A stretch of 64,000 nucleotides of DNA from Oikopleura dioica. Lineage: Eukaryota; Animalia; Chordata. The notes under the pieces were generated by a model. The model saw only the letters and a program-made list of their open reading frames with translations. It searched no databases and had not been told where the DNA came from. The translations under genes and the position numbers were made by a program. The stretch lies in NCBI GenBank assembly GCA_907165135.1, contig OU015566.1, positions 2,542,001 to 2,606,000 of the forward strand, in the 5' to 3' direction. Below are positions 1 to 12,000 of the stretch, piece after piece (positions within the stretch are counted from its first letter, which is position 1; every line of letters starts with the position of its first letter).

Positions 1-3000
1 ATTTCGCTATTTTCGTTCAAAAATGCATCTTCGTAGATTTTCAACCCTCCGTTGACTCTTGCGTCGATCGTTCCTTGCAGGAGCATTCCTGGAAAATTAA
101 TTCTAGAGCTAATCGAATTAACTGATCGAAGTTACCTAAGTGACCATTGTCGCCGTTTGAAGTGAGGATAGTTTTGACAGTTTTCTTGATTTCCTCGTTC
201 TTCGACCTTATCGCTTCAAGAGCGACTTCGATTGGTTGCCGGGTGATGGTGGTCACGTGACCGATTTTGACATGGGTTGAGACTCCAGGGAGGGAATCGA
301 CTGTGATGAAGGTTTTTTCCTCGACAGCGGCGTTTTCTGAAGAAATATTCAGGGTTTTTTTCTCGAAAAAAGATAATCTTACCGATTCCTGGTGATTTGG
401 AAAATTTCTTCCTGTGTTCAAATTGCCTCAATCCGTGGGCATCACCATGAAAGGGCTTTGCCTTGACAGGAAAAATCTGCACATGCATTTCTTGACTCTT
501 TTTGATCTCTTCGGAAATCAGGTCGGAGTTGAGGATCAATTTCGCATTCGGAAACCATTCAAGCACCGACTCTTGAAAATCCTCCAGTCTTTCTAATTCT
601 TCCCCTCTCGCGATCATCTGGACGTTTTGAAAGTTCTTGGGAAAACCATTTCCCCAAAAACCGAGGTAAAAGAAGGAATAGGCGGTTTCTGATTGAGGCG
701 CTCGGGCGATAAGGCCAGATCTTATTCGGAGAATATCTGCGATTTGGGCGGAATCCTCCAACTCGGAATAATATGACTCGAGAGCAGAGCAAAGCTGGAT
801 CGCTTTGGAGAATTCTTTCGCGTCCTCCATCATTGAAATCGTCTCTGCGATGAGTAGTTCCTTCACTTCCGGTTCTGTACTCGCCTCAGGGAACATTTTC
901 CTCGCCCAGTCTTCTGAAAATTTTTCGCCGGCGGCGCTCGTTTCTTCGAATTTCAAGGTTTCGTTTATTTTCGTCAAGCAGTTTGCCGCTTCGAGTCTCG
1001 CGTTCTGCCCGAGTTGCACATCATAAAGCTTGAATAGATAATCGCGGTAGAGGTCGACTCTCGAGCAGCGAAAGAAGAACTGCGCGAGATTGACGAGACC
1101 GGCGATTTGAGCGACTCGATTGTCACCACAGTCGCGGTAGTCGAGCAGCAGCTTCATTGCTCCAGTGAGGCGGGAGACGAATTTGTGACCTTCTGGGTGG
1201 TCGTTTATGTTCTTTTGCACCCACTCAGAAAGACTGAAATTTTTGTCAGATTTTTGAATGATATTTTTCGAAAAAAAATTCAAATTTTAATATTTTTATC
1301 AGAAAATTTCACAAATTTTAAGGGGGTAGAACTAGGTTTTTCGAAAATAGCCGATTCTAGACCGGCGCTCAAAGCCAGGAGAGCTTAGATTTTCAAATTC
1401 TCTCTTCGGCTGAAGAAAGAACTAACTTAGATCTAACAACATTTTTCTTGAAATTTTTTTTCGTCAACACATTTTGGCGTTAGAGAGCGAAACGTCAACC
1501 CATCTCTTCGAAAAAAGCAATTTTAGCGTATTTGCGTCCTCAAATTTCTCGAGTCACGTGACTAGCCAAATTTTTTAAATCTCATTTTAAGATAGTTTGA
1601 CTCTTTATCCAGCAACATTTTTGAGGAAATTGCGTAATCATAAGTAAAAGCAGGTTTTCCTTATTTAAAGCGCCTCCCGAAAATCACGGTTTTTCGAAAA
1701 ATCTAGTTCTACCCCCTTAAGGAAAATTTTAATGAAAAAAGCAGCAATTTTGACTAAAAAATTGGTCAAATTTTAAATTTAGACTAATTATTTTGTATTT
1801 TTTCTTACTTTTGCCGTTCTTTTCTCGGATCATAATTTTGTCTCTCTTTTCAAGTCAAATTTAGCTTTTGTTAAAATTAGCGCTGTTAAAAATATAGCGA
1901 GAGTGATATTGATCAAGTGGGAAAGATCCGGAGAATGGGCTCAGCCGGATCAGTAACACAAATCAATCGATTTCGCCGAATTCACGAAACAAACTCCAAA
2001 TCGATGGCACCTGCCACAGAGCTGACATTCCAAGCCTAATAAAATTATATTCTCAATATTGACCTTTATTGAATTTTCATTAAATTAAGCTGCTTTTTTC
2101 ATTTCTTCTCAAATCAAGATGCAATGAAAACACCTTCTTCAATAAATCTCTAGAATTGATGATTGTACTTACATTTGATTGACGAGCAGAACATACTTCA
2201 CATCTCCTTTTCCCTTCGAAAAGAGCCAAACGATGCTGTTGAGGAAGTCTCTCTCCAACTAAAAATAGAAGCATAAAATTTCAATTCTATCCAGCTGGGC
2301 AGGAAGAGAAAGCGTTTTCTACAGTGAAAGAGAGCCTCAGATAGAAAAACGCTCGCTTTGATAGAAAAACTCATTGTCTCAAGAAAAAGAGAAGCGCTTT
2401 CAAACACTTGAGACTCAATTTTAGAAAGGCGTTTTTTGGGCCACACGCCCAAAACTGCAAATTCCGAAATGATGAAAAAAAACTATAAGGATGGAAGCGA
2501 CCAATCAGATTTCCGGATTCGGTTCGTCAGCCAATCAGATTAAGGAAAAAAAAATTACAGAAAAAATCATTTTCAGTAGTTTTTTGTCGATTCTTACCGC
2601 TTGCTTTTTGTTTTCTTCAAAAATTAACAAAGTGACTCCCTTATTTTTGGTGTTATAATTTATTTTAAATATTCCAGTTAAATTTTTTTAAATATTCCAG
2701 TTAGAGCTCTTTTTCTCTAATTTTGCAGGAATACAAAAGTAAGCCCCAAGTCCGTATGTAATTAATTGGCGTAGTAAGAGCGCCAATTGTGGGATGATGA
2801 AATTAATTGCCCGACTAATGTCAACCCGCTTGAAAGCGGCGATGTTCCCTTGACCCCTATAAAAACCCTCAACTCGTCATAAAACCCTTCCAAAAGCTAA
2901 CTTTTAAATTTACCGTCGGCCGAGTTGGCTCTTTCGGCTGGAAGACAAATCAGATTTTCGTCAAGGGAAAATTGCCGGCTGCCACGTGACGTGTCCGATA

Positions 3001-6000
3001 TTTGCTAAGCAGGAGGTGATCTGTCAAAAGAACTGTCATTTACGAGCGGGTCAAGGTGTTTTTTTGTCGGTCACGGGGTTTGGAATAATTTTCCAAGAAA
3101 TTTTGCTTTTTATTAACCGCGTGGGACGAATTGTACATTCCAATGTAGTTTAAGACTTTGAAGAGCCCTAGTTCAAAAAGTACTAATCGTATGAATCTGA
3201 AAATTGAAATGCGCCTTTGCACATCCTTAATCTCTCGTTCTTTAAAATTTCAGCGAATTATCGCGCAACACCAGCGCTCTGCAGCGGATTAAGTCTGACC
3301 TACTTCGCGCTGCGCTCCTTTTCTCACTCGGAAGTCCGATTTCAATTGGGATTTTTTATTATTTTCAAAGTGAAAATATAGGTTTTCGATACTGGAGATT
3401 TCAAATTTTTAATAATATTCACAAAAAATCAATGCGAAATCAACTCAAACGGTCAAAACAAGAGCTACAAGTAATATGAGAATGAGGTTTGCAAACTGGA
3501 AAATGGAAATTTATGTTGAAATTATGAAAGCCTGTATTCGATTTAGTATTGTCTGAAAATTTGGCGAGAATCGAATGAGCGAGTCGCGAGTTATTCAAGT
3601 TTTCGCTTAAACTACAATGAAATGTACAATTCGTCCCGCGCTCATACGCGCGGATTCGTCCCACGCGGTTAACTATAGAATTTTGTCCCCAACAATTTTT
3701 ACCAAAATGTTAGCCATATTTTTGAACAAAATTTTGGCCCTTTTTTTGACCAAAACTTGGCCATGTTTTTTACCTTAATTTGGCCATGATTTTGACCAAA
3801 ATTTGGCGATGTTTTGAAGAAAATTTTGGCCATCTTTTTGACCAAAACTTGGCCATGTTTTTGACCAAAATTTTGGCCATTTTTTGACCAATCAGATTTT
3901 CGCATTTTATCGCTTTGCAAATTTTACCGCAATTCGTGTAATTAGTTGTCAAAAGCATCAGATTTTCTGTTCAATTTATTTATTGACACGACACCCTTAT
4001 TTCTTCGTCTTACCTTTGAGATATTTTCCTTTGAAACTTCTTCGGTCTCTTTGTCCGTCTTTATCAAATCCAAAATAATCCCCAGCGAGGTTTTTCTGAT
4101 ATCAGAAGGCGGGAGTACCCTTTCAAGGAGTAAACTTTTCAAGATTGAATGAAGCTTATTTTAAATCGGATCTGAGGATTTTTCGATTGAGCAGCTCTTG
4201 AGCTAAATATACAGTTTTCGCCCTCGGGCTCGAGCTATTTTTTGATTTCTGCTTTGGTCGTGGTTTTGAGTATAATTGACAAATTATAAAACCGAGAAGT
4301 TCAAGTTCAATTTTTCAGACTGGAAATCAAGGAAGATTTTTTCAAGATTTCTTTTTAAAGTTTATTTTTAAAAAATCACGCTTGAGCAATTCCGCGCAAT
4401 TTTCTTGCGTCGAGTGTTTAATCTTCCAGATGGTCGATTGTTTGAAATACTGGAAATTTTTCCTGACAAGTACACTTCAAATAATCGGGCAAAAAATCAA
4501 TTTGTTCGGTTTTTTTTCTTGGGCTATCATGAAATTTATCCAATTTTCTTTAAGAAAAGCTGATTTTCTTTGATCTCTGATTTTCGATCATAAAAGAAAA
4601 ATGGGTTTCAGAGGAATAACAAAAAATATCCAAGAATAAATTAAGGGTGTCACCATGTTAAAAAAATGAGGAAATTCAACCTTTCCTTGTTTCATAAATC
4701 TCTTCAATTGGACTCTTTCTTCCCTCCGCCAAATTCTCTTTAATTTCTTCCAAGATCTTCATTTTCTCTTCTTGATGTGTGTTGACATAAAGTCCTCAAT
4801 TAATCTCCCGGGCAACCTAGATTAATTAGCACACTTCCGCTCTTTATCAACTGTGCGCACCTTAATCAGCTGCTTTTCCCGCGCTCTTCCCTGTGCAAGA
4901 TCCATTTAGGATCATTCAATAAAGTGAGCTTGTATAAGTTGGACGACTTTTTCACCAGTTGAACCAAGAAATATATATACGCAAGAGCCAAGTATATCAC
5001 TGGCGACTGCACAGATAAAAAACCCAGAGACCTCCCCCGAACGAAGACTGAAAACTACATCAAGAGAACTCTCCAATTGTGCCGAATCCAGATCCTGTTG
5101 CTGAAACTTGTAAGTTAAAGTGTGAATCTTGGGAGTGGGAAGAAAGGCAATTTGGGAAAAGTGTTTTATCTTTTGGTGGACGCCTTTATTGGATCTTTGG
5201 ATTGCCTGGACTTCTTTATCGTTGCGATCTCACACGCGCTAGTGGTCTCCAACCGAGCCGCGCCGATTCCGAGCGCCGCATCGCCGCACGAGTGACTTCC
5301 TACCACGACGCCGGAAAAACTTCCTACTGCGCTACCGTAACTTGCGTTGTTCTCCTGCCACGCAGATACACATCTACTCAGTTACAGAAGTAGTCAACTA
5401 CACGCTGCGCTTTGATTTTGGTAACAAGCTCCCGCGTGGTTCCGCAAACACAAATCACGACTATCAACCTCGATCATCAGCAACCCGTTGAGTGATCACA
5501 ACGACGGTCGCACGTGTCGATTACCCGCAGAATTCCGCTACTCATTATCAGTCTCCTGCTGTTCTCGTTGCAATCAAACGAAGTATCCCGCAGAACTCTT
5601 CATTAGCAGCGTCCTGTCATTTCTGGAACCCGCTGAGCTGAGCTCGCACGCAAACTTTCTGCTGCGACTGACACCATTTCTCCCAGTCGAAACTTAAGGG
5701 TATCACTCGCTTACCCGAAAAAACGCTCGCTAGCTTGTCGATTCGTCGGACACTCATCTAAGCAAAAGCGCGCCTCTTCTAAAGTCAACATGGGCCTCAA
5801 ACCTGTTGCTGAACTCACTGTTGCCGAACTTCGAGCAGTCTGCAAACGACTCAAGTTGGACACGAAAGGCCTAAAGGCTGAATTACAACATACACTTCGG
5901 GCTCATGCTAAGAAAATTGGATATCGCCGAACGGACGATCTTAAAGACTTTGTTATCAATACAGATAACATCGATACTGAGAACCAGGATGCACCAGTAA

Positions 6001-9000
6001 CGACTGTCAGTAGCGCTGATCCTGCTCTATCACTGTCGCCCTCGATCATTCCAGTACCCACGACGGAGTTGCCATCGGTAACAAGTCCAGCGCCTGTTTC
6101 ATCATCGTCCTTTGCATTTCCGCAGCCTTGCTCAACGGTGCCGATCTCGACGACAAGTCTTGATTCAATGACTGCGTCCTCGATGTTTACTCCTCAGGAG
6201 AGCAATTCCAGAGCCGATTCGGTCTCCCGCATCCTTGGTGGATCTACTACTACTACATCGGCAGCATTTGGTGGTCAATATGGTCTTTTCGGAAATCGCC
6301 TAAATTCTGGATTAGCCTCGAATAGGAACGTGATTGGTCAATCAGCGCAATTTGCGAAAACTTCGCCTCCTCTGACGCCGCCGATGAATCAATTTGCAGT
6401 CAACTCTGCTGGTGCAAGCACTGGAAAAGCCAGAGACAACTTAAGAAAGGAAAGTTCCGACATCAAACTTGTTGTTTCGCGAGACCCGCAAGAGATCGAG
6501 AATCTGCTTGACCAAATTCTGAATTTGGGAAGTATCTACGAGTGGAGCGACGCGCAGCGCATGATCGTGCTTCGAACTAAGCTCAGCCCGCAAATTCAGC
6601 GAGAAATCGGAATTTCGGGTCTTGGAAACTTCGAAGATGCCGCGGAACGCCTCCGTAAAAGATTGGGATTCAGTCATCAGAAACTGACGCTGTTGATCGA
6701 AAAGCTCTCTCGTGGACGTCAAGAGACCGTGACTGCTGCCTTTTCGCGACTTATCAATCTTCTCTCTTCTGCTGGATCCGTTTTCCCAAATCTGCCCGAA
6801 GAAGCCAAGCAAACGGTGTTGCGCCAGGCACTGCGAAGAATCCTCCGCCCAAGCGAATTTCAGTCCTTCTATCTCGCTTGGATCGCCCAGCAGATGCCAA
6901 CCAATCTTTCCTCGGTGGCAGAAATCCTCAGCCTTCTTGAGGGAACTTTCGCTAGCCCAGCCGAAGCCGTGGATCTCGAGAATGACGAGTACGATTTGAA
7001 TGCAGCAAATCGCGAAATCGTCTGCCACATGTGCGGCGAAACTGGGCACGTGATGAGAAACTGTTCTTTGATGACTGGAATCAGGCAGATTTCAACAATC
7101 ACGTCGCGATTGGACCAGTTGGAAGCGATCGCAATAAAGCAAGACTCCTCTTTTGAGCGGCTTCTGAACAAAATAGAAATGATTGCTGAGAACCAGTCCG
7201 CTTACAACACGACGCAGCAGCAGCAGCAATCACAAGGCCAGAAGCAAGGACAAGGTGGGAGCAAGAATCATCGCAACACGAAGCCGCACTGTGAGGTGTG
7301 CCCACTTTTGCCAACTGGATACCCACCTCGTCATTTTAAACAGACGTGCCCAATGAAATCCCAGCATTGACTAGGCGGGGATTCTCCAGGCTCAGAAAGC
7401 CAAAAACTCGCCTGTCATGAAATCTCGCTGCCTTCCCTGCTTCCGAAAATCAGACTACAAATCCTCGACACTGAACTTCTTACTCTCGTTGATTCGGGAG
7501 CCAACTGCTCGATTATGGCCCAAGAACTCGCTGCTAAATTCCCTAACGCGCGCCGTGAGCCAGTGGAAGCGAGCATTGTCGTTGCGAATTCTGACAAGAT
7601 GCGCTGCAAGGAAAAGATCATTCTACCATTGTGCCTGAACGGAAGAGTTCGTTACCAGAGTTTCCTCATCGTCCCCGGCCTCAACCACGAATGTATCCTT
7701 GGAATGAACAGCTGGAAAGAATTGACGATCAACCGAGACACAGAAACGATCCAGATTGACGGAGAGACCTACGATATGGTTCAAACTGGCCGACACCTTG
7801 CACTAAACAATTTGGTCGCGGCTACCATTGGTCCTGAGTCCTTAACGCCAATCAGAGTGAAAGTTCCTGTCGGTGAAGACGAGCTCGAAGATGTGATCCT
7901 GGTTGAGCCTTCACCAGAGGGATTCTGCAAGGAACAAGGTATCGAGACTTGTGAAGCGATTTACAGTGCTGCGAAATGCCAAACAATCCTCGTATACAAC
8001 TCAACGAACGTGGCGCTTACCATTCCAGAGGGCGCGCAGGTGGCGACCGCTAGCCTCATGAAAAGAACGAAAGGGGGGCAGTATGAGTTCAATGAGCTGA
8101 TCAGTGTTTCAAGCAGTGAATTCGACCGTGAGTGGGAGGAGCATCAACGAAATCGCGAAATTCGACTTAAGGGTCCAGACCGCTATAAGTACAAGGAAGT
8201 GGAAATCGGCCCTGACCTCACGTTCGAAGAGAAGAAAGCAATGACGGAGAAGCTGGACAAGTATTGGAAGGTTTTCTCGACTGGACCGCAGGATCTCGGC
8301 ATGGCGAAGTCTCTGGCCTTCAGAATCCGACTGAAAGATGAGACAGCCCGAGTTTACGAGAAGCCTATTCCTGTGCGCCCTGGATGCAGAGAGAAGGCTA
8401 CAGTGGTCATCGAAAATTGGTGCAAGGCGGGCGTCGTCAAGAGGGGAGCGAGCGACTTTAACCTCCCTCTCTTTTTTGTGAAGAAGGGCAAAGACGACGT
8501 CCGCCCTGTATTAGACGCGAGGCGGCTCAACCAATTGACAGTCCCTACGCGTTGGCCGATCCCTTCCCTGAAAGAATTGATGTCCAAACTGTCGCGGGAC
8601 ATCTCCAAGACGAAAGGCAAGCTCTACGTGACTTCCGTCGATATCGCCTCCGCGTTTTCGCAGATAAGAACAGCCCCACAAGACATGCACAAGTGTGCGT
8701 TCTCCTTCCTTGGCCGACAGTACATCTGCCGACGCATGGCTTTTGGCCTGATGAATTCGCCCTCCGTCTTTGCTCACGTGATCGACCGACTCTGTTCGCA
8801 CATTCCTGGACTCTCTGTGCTTATGGACGATATCATTCTTGTTCATGGAGATTTTAAGGAGCATCTTTCGGCAGTTGACGAATTTTTGAAAATAATGCTC
8901 GAGAACGGTCTTCTGCTGAAAATCTCCAAAAGCCACTTCGGCGTCCGAGATTTCCAGTACTTGGGATTTCAGGTCAGCCACGACGGAATACGGCCTTTGG

Positions 9001-12000
9001 ATGACAAGCTTGACCCAATCCGATGTTTTCCGCGCCCAGGGAACCGAAAGCTTCTCAGGCGCTTTCTTGGGCTTTGCAACTTTTACTCCCACTTTGTCAA
9101 GGATGGCCATCGCTTGTTGTCTCCGCTGTTCAAGTTAGCTGCGCCTTCGAAAGAAAAGTTCGTGTGGAAATCCCAGCATGAAGAAGCCTTCTCCAGCTAC
9201 AAAGAAGCACTCGCTCAAGTCGTCTCCTTCAAGCACCGCGACGAGTCAATGGACCTCGTGATCGCAACTGATGCCAGCACAACCGGAATCGGCGCTTGTC
9301 TGTACCAGAGGGACGAAAATGGGCGGCTTTTTCCGTTGGGTTTCTATTCGCGCGCGCTGACTGATGGCGAGCGGAAGCTACCGTCCCGATATCTCGAACT
9401 ACTGGGATTGGTCTGCTCTTTGGAAAATTTCGAGTATGAAATTTACATGAGCCAAGTCTACGCGCTGACTGACCACAAGTCGCTGCAGTTAGTTCTGAAT
9501 GAACGTCGCCTCCGGCAAGATGTGCCAGTGCGTGTAACGAACCTGTACGCAAGGCTGAGTAGGTTCAGGGTTAAGGGAATAACGTATGTTCCCAATAACG
9601 AGCCTGTCATCGTCTCTAGCGACGCCTTATCGCGCGCATACGAAATCGCCAACGACGACGACCATGACGAATCCGATGGACACATCGATCGGGGATTTCT
9701 CAACAAGATCGAGCTGCGACCAAAGGGACCAGAAATCTTCGAAGTTCTTACGATGCAGACGCGTCGGGCGAAACGATTGGCGAAAGAGGAAGAAAAAGCA
9801 AAGGAAGAAGCCGGTCAAAAGGTCGTTATGATCAGCGGCGACGTGCCCTACAGAGCCTGCGACATCATCAGACTCCAAGAAATCGATCCAGTGCTGATAA
9901 GAATGCAGAAAAGAGGAGAAATTGCCACTGATGAGCAGGGTGTATGGGTTCTGTCACGCGACAAGGACATCATCACCCTTCCTGAGCAGCTTCACATCGA
10001 GATTGCCTCCTTCGTCCACTGCAAAATGGGTCATCCTGGAACACTTGCCCTTCAGAGGATCCTGAAACGGAAGTTCTTTATCAATGGCCTTCAACGGGTA
10101 TGCAATGAAGTCTGCAACGATTGCCACACCTGTTGGCGCACCAAGCCACGGCCAAAACTTAAGGCTCTCCACCCGCCTAGGCCGGAAGTAAGCACAAAGC
10201 CTTGGCAGAAATTGTATGTCGATTTGTCCGACTTCGGCTCAGTAGATATTCTTGGAAATCGGTTCTTCTTGGGAGTTATGGACGATTGCACGCGCTACCT
10301 TGTGGGAAGATGCCTACCGGATAAGAAGGCTGAGACGGTGGCATTTGCGTTGGCCGACGTTTTGCTGAGCAACAACGCGCAAGGGGCCATGCTCCGTTGC
10401 GACAATGGAAAAGAGTTTCGAAATGCCGTTTTCGATCGCGTCATGGAAGCCTTCAACATCCGCGTCGCCTACATCAGCCCTTTTCACGCTCAGAGCAACC
10501 GCATCGAAAGAAAATTTAGATCCTTGGGATTGAAGGCTCGACTGGCAAATGTCAGCCGCGATGACTGGAGCCGCCAAGTCTGCTTTGTCCTTCACACAAT
10601 CAACAATACGCCAACGGAAGCAATGAGCGGTTTAAGTCCCTCTGAAGCACTCACAGGGCGCCCTATGGAACTCCCGCTCTTTCACCTCCGGCCTGAGCCC
10701 GACAACAACGACGACCCCTTTCTCTGGAGTGGCTACATGTCTGGATGGCTGCGTCAAGTTGGCCAGTTTCTCGCCGGAAAGTACCAAGAACAAGCGGCAC
10801 ATCACGTCAAGCCGTTTCATGGAACCACGCTCGAAGTGGATCAGCGAGTCGCCTATTGGGCACCCATGCGGATCGGAAAGTGCAAGAAGTTACATGTCTC
10901 CTTCCGCAACACCGCCGTCATCACAAAGAAGCTCAGCCCTGATGTCTATGAGATCAGAGACGAATCAAGTGGGAGCGTTCTGAAAAGGAACATCCGTTTT
11001 CTGAGACCTTTGCCCTTGCCCAGTTCCAAATGATTTATTCTCCATGTACATACAGATGTTTTGCCGTGACTCAACGTTAACTCGCCGATTTTCAGACAGT
11101 GCACCTTTACGAAATGCTTTTCTTCACCCTTGCCGTCGCGCTGGTCCGATGCTCTGCCGAATCTACTGTGCTGAGCGGGGGAATTCTCCTCGAGGAGACT
11201 GGCAGACTCTTCCTGTCGCGACAACGCAGCCATCATCATATCATCATCAGTCGGCCCCTTCCGCTCGACGTCCTGAGAATGGAACCTGGAGTCGACGCCG
11301 GACAATGCGACGTCGACCGCTGCATCAAACACTACAAAGCCAACCGTTGGGACAGGAGGGAATGCACGGAAAACCTCGCCGATAAGCGAACTTTTGCCCT
11401 ACTGGATGTGATTGAACGGAAATTTCGATTGGAACTGCAGTCACTTAAAGCACAAGCAGCATATGCAAGATCTCACGAATCGCATCTGGGAAAAAGATTC
11501 GCCGGCGCTCCTGCTCTTGTTCTGGCAGCAGCCAACCTGGGTCTTAAATTGAAAAATACGAACGACATCGCCAAGCTTCGATCTGTATCTCTTCATCAAG
11601 GAAAGAACTTGGATAAACTCACACGAAACTTCGCGAAGCTCCAGAGCGCCGTCCAAGTCAATCTCAATGCAACACAGGACCAGCTTGCGAGAATCGACGA
11701 CGATATTTGCCGACTCAATAACCGGATGTTGGAAGCTCGATTCGAGGACTGGGCCCGGATCACCGTGGACAAATTCATGGAGGAGATGGATTATCAAGTC
11801 GCAAGTCTGGAGCAAGGATTGATTCCGAGCCGTGTGGAATGGAACAGACTCTTTACGTCTGCGTGTTGGGGATCATGCATTGCTCTGGAACCGGAAATGT
11901 GCGAGCGATACTGTGAGAACATGCTGAGAGAATTCCCACAGGAATTAAAGCCTGAACTCTACGGGCTGAACATCACTGAAAACTCTCTCGACATCCACAT

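Noticed and set aside
2080-2460. Nested gene in the DOCK intron near CCAAT boxes (2500-2540)
   Set aside because: Short ORFs with no recognisable motifs or consistent splice structure; cannot be supported.
3699-3958. Repetitive ORFs (KNMAKFWSK...)
   Set aside because: Translation of a minisatellite.
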